Assembly (NCBI RefSeq): GCF_000189555.1
Contig: NC_017276.1
Direction: 5' to 3' (one strand)
Length of the DNA: 64,000 nt
Origin: Saccharolobus islandicus REY15A
Lineage (GTDB): Archaea > Thermoproteota > Thermoprotei_A > Sulfolobales > Sulfolobaceae
The stretch's first letter is position 1. The number at the start of each line of letters is the position of its first letter. The notes beneath the pieces were generated by a model that saw nothing but the letters and a program-made list of their open reading frames with translations, had not been told where the DNA came from and ran no database searches. Below are positions 56,763 to 64,000 of the stretch, piece after piece. The position numbers and the translations under genes were made by a program.

Positions 56763-57752
56763 TATTTGTAGCATTATTCTCCCGTCTCTGTTTTCGCTCA
56801 TAATTTCTTTTACCGCCTCTATACCTTCATCTAATCTGTAAGTCTTATGAACCTTTATCTTGCAATCTTTACATATATTTATCAATTCAGTTAGTTCCTT
56901 TCTAGATCCACCTGTGGTTCCAACTACTTTTATATGCTTTCCGTATAGGGAGCTTAGATTTACCTTCACTTCACTTCCAGTTAAAGTCCCGAAGAATGCC
57001 AATTGACCACTTAAACCTAGAACTTCTAAGCTTTTTTCCCATACCGAGGAGCCTAAGGAGTTTATTACTATGTCAGCCATTTTCCCATTAGTTATTTCCT
57101 TAACCTTTTGTACTACATCATCATATCCTATTATATAATCTGCACCAAAGTCCTTTAGCCAGTTCTTTCTTGAAACCGCAACTACCGTTGATCCGAACTT
57201 CTTTGCCAGTTGAACTGCGAAGAGACCAGTATTTCCACTTGCACCAAATACTACGACAACATGGTTAGGACTTATTTCTACTTCTTTTAGAGAATGGTAT
57301 GAAGTTAGAGCTGCTACAGGTAAACTTGCAGCAATATCCCAACTCATATTTTCCGGAATTTTGAAAACATTCTTATCTGGAACCGAAAAATATTCTGACC
57401 ATCCGCCATTGGTTATAACACTCATTATCCCGCCGTTTCTGCATAGCATTTCCTTTCCAGATAGGCATAAATCACAAGTTCCATCAAACACTCTGTTATA
57501 TACTACTACCTTATCTCCTTTAGCTAGTCCTTTCACATGATCCCCTACTTTTTCAACTATTCCTGCTACTTCCGCACCGGGGATATGGGGCATTGGGGTA
57601 ACTGGAATAGCACTAATTACGAAGTAATCTATAGGGTTTAAACCAGATTTAACTACTCTTATCAAAACGTCATGTGGACCTAATTGTGGTTCTTGAACTT
57701 CTTTTACCTTGAGATTTTCTAAACCACTCTTGTCGAAAACTAGGGCTTTCAT
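56757..57752 (-). CDS. Medium-chain (Zn-type) alcohol dehydrogenase family
   Basis: GLNPID, HIPGAE, CDLC..C, GASGNTG; probable start MKALVF at 57752. Confidence 0.9.
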   Translation of the reverse strand: MKALVFDKSGLENLKVKEVQEPQLGPHDVLIRVVKSGLNPIDYFVISAIPVTPMPHIPGAEVAGIVEKVGDHVKGLAKGDKVVVYNRVFDGTCDLCLSGKEMLCRNGGIMSVITNGGWSEYFSVPDKNVFKIPENMSWDIAASLPVAALTSYHSLKEVEISPNHVVVVFGASGNTGLFAVQLAKKFGSTVVAVSRKNWLKDFGADYIIGYDDVVQKVKEITNGKMADIVINSLGSSVWEKSLEVLGLSGQLAFFGTLTGSEVKVNLSSLYGKHIKVVGTTGGSRKELTELINICKDCKIKVHKTYRLDEGIEAVKEIMSENRDGRIMLQIS

Positions 57753-57801
57753 AAAAACTAGTCTTCTCCTCAATATAAATCGGTTACTTAACTTTGGGTA
57801 A

Positions 57802-58167
57802 CTATTGTCTTATCCCTATCTTAGCCTTATTCTTAAAGCTAATATACTCATACGCCAAGCTTACGAAATCTTCATCAGCCTCTTCACCCTTCTTCTTTAT
57901 TGTAATGTATCTCAAGGTCTCTAGTTCTACTGATGTTAAGTTAGTTATGTATAAAAATATGCTCGTGGATTTGTGTAATAAAATGGCTTCAGCTCCTTTA
58001 AGTACAAATAGGTGCAGTTTTTCTCCATCTTCTTCTTCAACAACTTGTAGATTAATTGGAAAATTAGTTATCTTTTTCATCCATAGGTTTTCTAGCATTC
58101 TTACCTCTTCATTATCATATACCTTTTCGATGTGTTTAACAAATTTCTCTATCACGCTCATGAGCAT
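57802..58167 (-). CDS. Hypothetical protein
   Basis: Charged 121-aa ORF from MLMSVIEKF, divergent from ATPase 3. Confidence 0.6.
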   Translation of the reverse strand: MLMSVIEKFVKHIEKVYDNEEVRMLENLWMKKITNFPINLQVVEEEDGEKLHLFVLKGAEAILLHKSTSIFLYITNLTSVELETLRYITIKKKGEEADEDFVSLAYEYISFKNKAKIGIRQ

Positions 58168-58249
58168 TGTATAATTGGTTTTATATGGTTTTAAGTTTGA
58201 AGCGGAAAAAATATTAAATAAAGAGATGTAGTAGTACCTAGGAGAATTA

Positions 58250-58861
58250 TTGACAACCAATATTGTCAGAGTTTTGAGTATTAAGGGTGGTGTCGGTAAA
58301 AGCTCTATAGCTTATGCGTTAACGAGAACCATCTCTGCTTCTGGGTATAAGGTATTATTTTTAGATATGGATAACCTTCACACCATTTCGAGAGTATTGG
58401 GAGTTAAGGATTGTGAGTTAACATACATAAGGGATTTTTTCGTATTTGCATGTGATGATTTTAGTAAAATTTCTTTTACCAACTATGAATATGTGATAAT
58501 TGATACTTATTCTGGGATCTCCACTGAAACGCTTTCAGTTATTAAGGGGGATCTTATTTACAATATTTTTATTTCAGACTTTTCTTCTATTGATAATTCT
58601 TTAAGTTATATAAAAGAGTGGAATGGTAAGAGAAGTATTAATTTCTTAGTTGTAAATATGGTCATAGTGGAAGATAACGAGTATGATATTTTATTACGAA
58701 AGTTTTTTGATTCCTTGGCTCTTAAAAGTAATGTGAAGATAAATAAGGTATTTTTGTTTTTCTTCGACGAAAATTATTATGGATCCTATAAAGTTGATCT
58801 AAATCATATAGAACTCTTAGCTAGTTATGTACTAGGTGGAATAGGTGAATCTGATCCTTAG
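58250..58861 (+). CDS. MinD/ParA-like ATPase 3
   Basis: SIKGGVGKSS, LDMD, VIIDTYSG, VVNMV. Confidence 0.8.
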   Translation: MTTNIVRVLSIKGGVGKSSIAYALTRTISASGYKVLFLDMDNLHTISRVLGVKDCELTYIRDFFVFACDDFSKISFTNYEYVIIDTYSGISTETLSVIKGDLIYNIFISDFSSIDNSLSYIKEWNGKRSINFLVVNMVIVEDNEYDILLRKFFDSLALKSNVKINKVFLFFFDENYYGSYKVDLNHIELLASYVLGGIGESDP

Positions 58862-59137
58862 ACATTTGCTGATTTTAAGTTTCTCTTAGTGATATGTCAC
58901 AAAGAATTAGATAGAAAGTATTAAGATGAAGTTAGAAGTCAGAAAGAGAAATGGAGAGTAACTTTTCTAAATGAGATGGGCCGATTTGAACCCATAACTA
59001 TAAGTGTTCAAGCTTGACTAGATTACGGCTCTCGTTATAATAAAGACTATAGTTATAAGTCAAATAATGGAAATTAAATTCAAGATTGAGAATTAGTGTC
59101 ACATTATACCGTAAGAAATATAATAGAAATAATTTTA

Positions 59138-59222
59138 TGCGGGGGACGGGATTTGAACCCGCGCAGGCCTTCGCCAGCGGAGCCTCAGTCCGCCCCCTTT
59201 GCCCTGACTCGGGCACCCCCGC
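59138..59222 (-). tRNA. tRNA-Leu(GAG), intronless, CCA not encoded
   Basis: Acceptor GCGGGGG/CCCCCGC, anticodon arm GCGGA-CTGAGGC-TCCGC, long variable arm, GGGTTCAAATCCC T arm; 85 nt. Confidence 0.96.
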
Positions 59223-59732
59223 ACACCAATACTTTATATTAACTAGGTATAAAGTTTTACCATAGAATAAAACAGAAGGACTTTAGGAAGGAGATAGAAG
59301 TTCCGAACTTTTAAAATTATAATTCAAGTATGAGACGTGCTTGAGAAACTCTCCTTTTGAGGCAATAATGGCTTAGGTTAGTATGAAGAGATGATCTATG
59401 GATCTTGTTTCATTTAGAAACTAAATAAATATGAAGAGATTTTGTTCTACATAGCTATATGGCATAAGAGAATTTCTATAAATTAAGACTATAAACAAAT
59501 TGTCATTATTGCTGATGATATTAATATGGATTAGATTACGAAGGGAATGATATGGATACAATATTATTCGAACTATAGTGGCTAATTATCTCTTTACTAC
59601 CGCTAAAATTCAGAATCCACGGGACGCGGAAACTCGCCTTTTAGTGAAAATAGTCTGATTGTGAGGTTAAAAAGTTTTAGCGTGGTCCCTCGCTTAGTTG
59701 TTCTTTAAAGGTAAGTTGCAGGTGTAAGGTCT

Positions 59733-60722
59733 TTGCAAGGTAATAAAGTGAAATCCTTTACGTTACCGATTATTTCATATGCTGTTCCTACATTTGTGTT
59801 GGTGTATCCATCGTTCTTTGTAGGCTGGCTCAGTGATTCTATGCATTTAGCGTATTGGGAGGTGTTCGCAATAGTTGCTTTACCATTTCTAGGTAGGATA
59901 ATTGGTTCTTTCATATATCAGTTATTCAAAGGTAGTGTAGTTTCTTACTGTTTTCCGTTGCTTGGTTTTTTAGTTGTTCTTCAAAACTTTTTAGTGGCTT
60001 TAGTTTTTGTGAGATTTCTAGTAGGGGTAATATTTGGTCTGTTAACGAGCTATGCGGTTGAGAGTGCTGTAAGAAGTGGTAGAAATGTATTAGTAGGTTT
60101 TACTACCGCAGGTTGGTCTATGGGTTGGGTAATTAGCTATCTTGCGTATTCCTTACTTAAAAATTGGAATGTAATTACAATAAGTGGGATTTTAATAATG
60201 TTTTTAGCGCTGTTTGAGTTAAACAAGGAAGAGTTTAGAGAGAGGGGTATGAGTTCTGTATCTTTTCCCAGGCTTACCTCAATACTGATTTATATATCGG
60301 CGTTAACACCAGCTTTCATTTTGCAAGTTATGCCGAGTTTTTTGGAGACGATAAAGCTTACTTGGCTTATTCTTCCATCCTATTTGTTATCAATTCCAAC
60401 TTACGTGCTTTTACCTATGATTAGTGGAAAAGTAGGAATTAGAAAGGTTTTGGTTATTAGTTCCATTATTGTAATTCTTAGTAGTATTATTACTTTTCTT
60501 CTATTGCCTATGATGGTAATTGTTTTTACTAGTATTGGTCTTGGTATTTTAGGGATAACGCCTAAGTATCTTGCAATTAGAGGTGAAGATCCAAAGAGGA
60601 TGGGTTTGGCTTTGAATATTGGTTCAGTGATGGGTCTCATAGTACCAGTACTGTATGCGCTAATGCCATTTTCACCAGAGTTCTTATTATCAATTTTAAT
60701 GGTTTTGATGTTATTGATATGA
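59733..60722 (+). CDS. MFS-like transporter
   Basis: Many TM segments, GRIIGSF and SGKVGIRK motif A-like loops; start uncertain. Confidence 0.75.
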   Translation: MQGNKVKSFTLPIISYAVPTFVLVYPSFFVGWLSDSMHLAYWEVFAIVALPFLGRIIGSFIYQLFKGSVVSYCFPLLGFLVVLQNFLVALVFVRFLVGVIFGLLTSYAVESAVRSGRNVLVGFTTAGWSMGWVISYLAYSLLKNWNVITISGILIMFLALFELNKEEFRERGMSSVSFPRLTSILIYISALTPAFILQVMPSFLETIKLTWLILPSYLLSIPTYVLLPMISGKVGIRKVLVISSIIVILSSIITFLLLPMMVIVFTSIGLGILGITPKYLAIRGEDPKRMGLALNIGSVMGLIVPVLYALMPFSPEFLLSILMVLMLLI

Positions 60723-60776
60723 AGCAAGATCGGCAGATTTTTAAGGGATAACATGTTAAAGTGATAATGATTAGGG

Positions 60777-60789
60777 ATGAGTCTTTGAC
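60777..60789 (+). other. Candidate +1 programmed frameshift site ATG AGT CTT TGA C
   Basis: The +1 frame (TTT GAC GAA...) is the aRF1 frame; same CTT-TGA-C core as bacterial prfB. Confidence 0.6.
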
Positions 60790-60813
60790 GAATATGCTTT
60801 AAATAAGCAAGAA

Positions 60814-61887
60814 TTGAAGGCACTAATTAAGGAATTGAAGAAATGGAAAGCTCCAGCTACTGTTCTTCTGTCTTTATATATACCACCCGGTAGACCAATT
60901 CCAGATGTGGTTAATCTACTTAGGCAAGAGTACTCCATAGCTCAGAATATAAAGCTCAAGAGGACTAGAGATGCAGTACTTTCCGCGATAGGTGCGGCAA
61001 TAGATAGGCTGAACAAGATACCGAAGATAGATGGTAATGGTTTAGTATTGTTTTGTGGTGAAAATTTCGATACTGAGGATTTCAAATGTTTTATGTTTTC
61101 TCCTCCTGATAAAGTTCCATTATTCTTCTATAGAACTGACAAGGAGTTTCATGTGGAATTTTTGGAGGATATGGTGGAGGATACTGTAGTATATGGTCTT
61201 ATAATTGTGGAGAGGGATGAGGCCACTATAGGTTTACTTAAGGGAACTAGAATAGAAATTTTAGAGGAAATTGAAGGTTTTGTGCCAGGGAAGCATATGA
61301 TGGGAGGACAGTCTCAGAGGAGAATTGACAGAATAATAGACGAAATGTATCATAATTTCTTAAAAGAGGTTGGTGAGAAAGTCAATGCGTATTTTATGCC
61401 TTTTATTCAGACGGGCAAGATGAAAGGTATATTATTAGGTGGTCCAGGATATGCTAAGGAGGATTTCTATAAGGAAGATTATGTTGACTATAGGATAAAG
61501 AATTTAATTTTACAACCCTTAATTGACGTTTCTGATCAAGGTGAGGTTGGATTAAGGGAAATGATAATGAGGGCTGAGGATTTATTAAAGAATCAACAAT
61601 ACGTTGAGGTGGAGAAATTACTAGAGGAATTAAAATACCACTTGGCTAAGGATGATGGATTAATAATATATGGAAAGGAGCAAATTAAAAAAGCTATGGA
61701 AATGGGAGCAGTAGAGGCTATAGTAATTCATGAGGACTCTAGTGATAAAGAGTTAGAGAAATTAGCTCAAGATGCGGAAAATTATGGTGTTAAGGTTTTT
61801 GTGGTTGGTGATGAAGTACCAGAGGCTGAATGGGTTAAAAAAACGTTTAATGGCGTAGTGGGTAAGTTAAGGTATAGGCTATATTAA
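60814..61887 (+). CDS. prf1: Peptide chain release factor aRF1 (main ORF; may be N-terminally extended through a frameshift from 60777)
   Basis: [26 protein letters not shown]. Confidence 0.96.
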   Translation: MKALIKELKKWKAPATVLLSLYIPPGRPIPDVVNLLRQEYSIAQNIKLKRTRDAVLSAIGAAIDRLNKIPKIDGNGLVLFCGENFDTEDFKCFMFSPPDKVPLFFYRTDKEFHVEFLEDMVEDTVVYGLIIVERDEATIGLLKGTRIEILEEIEGFVPGKHMMGGQSQRRIDRIIDEMYHNFLKEVGEKVNAYFMPFIQTGKMKGILLGGPGYAKEDFYKEDYVDYRIKNLILQPLIDVSDQGEVGLREMIMRAEDLLKNQQYVEVEKLLEELKYHLAKDDGLIIYGKEQIKKAMEMGAVEAIVIHEDSSDKELEKLAQDAENYGVKVFVVGDEVPEAEWVKKTFNGVVGKLRYRLY

Positions 61888-62520
61888 TTAGATTATTTTT
61901 CTTCTTTTCATTTCCATTAGTATTTTATCTAATGAGATTGGTGGGTCATTTATTCCATAATTTTCAACAAAATTCTTTTTAAGCTCATTTAAGTCTATAT
62001 CCTTTGTTTTCCTTTCTACCAAGATTTTGTTCACTAAGTTAATTTCGTCCTCCCAGTAATTCCAAGGATACATAAACCAGGCCCAGTTTACAATCTCTTC
62101 TGCGTAGTAATCTGGCATTATTTTTGCAGCTGGTTTTATATATTGTAAAGTTGCTGTTTTAACTTCTTTTGGTCCAAAATTTTCCATTACATATTTCCGT
62201 GCTAATTCTATACTATCTCCAGTATCTGTTATATCATCTACTATAATTACGTTCTTATCTGATAGGTCAACCCTAAATGGATATTTCACCTTAGCCTCTG
62301 GAGTATGAGATGCTGTCACTATCCAATGCTCTATCTTTATTGATAATATATCAAAAACACCTAAGACGTCAGCCACTAATCTAGCTGGAACTAAACCTCC
62401 TCTTGCTATCGCAATTATCACATCCACATCATAATTATCATCTTTAATTTTCTCGGCCAATTTAGTAGAAAGACTTACTATTTCATCCCATGTGACTACT
62501 TTCACTGGTATTTTGGGCAA
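61888..62520 (-). CDS. apt: Adenine phosphoribosyltransferase (6-oxopurine PRT-like fold)
   Basis: PRPP motif [22 protein letters not shown]; closely resembles the S. solfataricus APRT; lies next to MTAP. Confidence 0.85.
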   Translation of the reverse strand: MPKIPVKVVTWDEIVSLSTKLAEKIKDDNYDVDVIIAIARGGLVPARLVADVLGVFDILSIKIEHWIVTASHTPEAKVKYPFRVDLSDKNVIIVDDITDTGDSIELARKYVMENFGPKEVKTATLQYIKPAAKIMPDYYAEEIVNWAWFMYPWNYWEDEINLVNKILVERKTKDIDLNELKKNFVENYGINDPPISLDKILMEMKRRKII

Positions 62521-62603
62521 AATTAACTCCCTAAAAAATGTCTGTTAAAACTTTATCAATTTTTTGGTTTATACTTTATAAGGTACGTTAATGTATTTCA
62601 CTT

Positions 62604-63416
62604 ATGATTGAGGAAAATGAAAAAGCCTCGATAGGAATTATTGGTGGTTCTGGGTTATATGATCCGGGTATTTTTTCGGAGAGTAAGGAAAGAAAAGTAT
62701 ATACACCATATGGAGAACCTAGCGATTTAATAACGATAGGTAAAATCGGAAATAAGACTGTAGCGTTCTTGCCTAGACACGGAAGGAGACATAGAATTCC
62801 TCCTCACAAAATAAACTATAGGGCTAATATTTGGGCATTAAAAGAACTCGGAGTTAGATGGGTGATTTCAGTTTCTGCAGTAGGTAGCTTAAGAATTGAC
62901 TATAAACCCGGTGATTTTGTTATACCAGATCAATTTATAGATATGACAAAGAAAAGAGATTACACCTTCTTCGATGGCCCCGTAGTAGCTCACGTCTCAA
63001 TGGCTGATCCATTTTGTAATAGCTTAAGGAAATTGGCATTAGAGACTGCTAAGGAACTAAATATTAGGACGCATGAAAGTGGTACCTACATATGTATTGA
63101 AGGTCCTAGGTTTTCTACAAGGGCTGAGAGTAGGACGTGGAGAGAAGTTTACAAGGCTGATATAATCGGTATGACGTTAGTACCAGAGGTTAATCTAGCT
63201 TGTGAAGCACAAATGTGTTATGCTACTATTGCCATGGTGACTGACTACGATGTTTTCGCTGAGATTCCAGTTACAGCAGAGGAGGTCACTAGAGTTATGG
63301 CAGAGAATACGGAAAAGGCTAAGAAACTTTTATATGCGTTAATTCAAAGGTTACCAGAAAAACCAGAAGAGGGGTCGTGTTCCTGTTGCAACAGTCTGAA
63401 GACAGCACTAGTATAA
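62604..63416 (+). CDS. mtnP: 5'-methylthioadenosine phosphorylase (MTAP II type)
   Basis: [29 protein letters not shown]-terminal CSCC. Confidence 0.96.
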   Translation: MIEENEKASIGIIGGSGLYDPGIFSESKERKVYTPYGEPSDLITIGKIGNKTVAFLPRHGRRHRIPPHKINYRANIWALKELGVRWVISVSAVGSLRIDYKPGDFVIPDQFIDMTKKRDYTFFDGPVVAHVSMADPFCNSLRKLALETAKELNIRTHESGTYICIEGPRFSTRAESRTWREVYKADIIGMTLVPEVNLACEAQMCYATIAMVTDYDVFAEIPVTAEEVTRVMAENTEKAKKLLYALIQRLPEKPEEGSCSCCNSLKTALV

Positions 63417-63421
63417 GAAAA

Positions 63422-64000
63422 TTGGTGAAGTTTTTAAACATTAATTTTCCGCAAATAGATTTAATAGTATATGGTCGTGGTCTTGAACTCCCTTCATTTA
63501 CTCTTGCAAGAGCTCTTTCTTCCTTGAAGAATAAAATAATCAGCACATTAAATATTTATGATTTTCTGTTTATTTACAATCCCTATGTTGAAGTTTCAAA
63601 CGTTGTAGTGTTTACTGGGGACGAAAATGAATTGCGGGAACTTTTAGATGGTCTAGAGAGTTTAAGAGTAAGAGGAAGCATTTACCATTGTGGTGTTACA
63701 GATATTAAACCTAGATATAATCTTATTTCAATTAATAGTTTGGATAAAACTTTCTGTGAGATTAATCTATCCCTATCCATTTTAAAGGTACTAAGTAATA
63801 ATAAAAATACAGAGAGAGAAAAAAGAATTTTAGATCAATTAAACGACCTTTCGGATTTAGATGATTACGTGAAGAATTATGCCAAAGTTTTCAACCCGGA
63901 TTTGCCTATTCTCTTATCTCCGGTCATGCTTCCAGCTAAGTCCTTCTTAGAGAGTCTTGGGATAAATGTTTCAAGTTATTTTGATACTAAAATATTAGAT
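63422..64000 (+). CDS. Hypothetical protein, 3'-truncated by the window edge
   Basis: Frame open for 193 codons from TTG 63422 / GTG 63425 (LVKFLNINFPQIDLIVYGRGLELP...) to the end of the window. Confidence 0.65.
   Translation, partial: MVKFLNINFPQIDLIVYGRGLELPSFTLARALSSLKNKIISTLNIYDFLFIYNPYVEVSNVVVFTGDENELRELLDGLESLRVRGSIYHCGVTDIKPRYNLISINSLDKTFCEINLSLSILKVLSNNKNTEREKRILDQLNDLSDLDDYVKNYAKVFNPDLPILLSPVMLPAKSFLESLGINVSSYFDTKILD

Noticed and set aside
58998-59216. 72-aa ORF MPESGQRG...
   Set aside because: It is a translation of the tRNA-Leu gene and its trailer.
59612-59695. GC-richer patch (GGACGCGGAAACTCGCCTTTTAG) reminiscent of an IS200/IS605 end
   Set aside because: No intact hairpin and no tnpA/tnpB remnant nearby; too weak to call.

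Overview
AT-rich chromosomal window from a Sulfolobales archaeon, most likely Saccharolobus (Sulfolobus) islandicus or a close relative: APRT and MTAP resemble, but differ from, the S. solfataricus proteins as I recall them. Mostly core genes: ppcA (5'-truncated), sqr with a DUF1641-like partner, methylmalonyl-CoA mutase small subunit and meaB, udg, cysS, pgi/pmi, a second nurA-herA pair, xth, a membrane Ser/Thr kinase, the cobalamin cbi cluster, a complete archaellum operon with an ArnR-like regulator, three MinD/ParA-like ATPases, tRNA-Leu(GAG), aRF1, apt and mtnP. Features outside the ORF track are the most notable. (1) An RF2-like CTT-TGA-C +1 frameshift cassette at codon 3 of aRF1. (2) An IS110 element nested in an IS1-family element, whose left end folds like a bridge RNA with guides matching its own target flank and donor end; an empty target site persists in a second, MITE-interrupted IS1 copy. 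(3) A chimeric H/ACA plus C/D guide RNA and a second C/D guide sharing the same guide core. All calls were made by eye; no searches were run.
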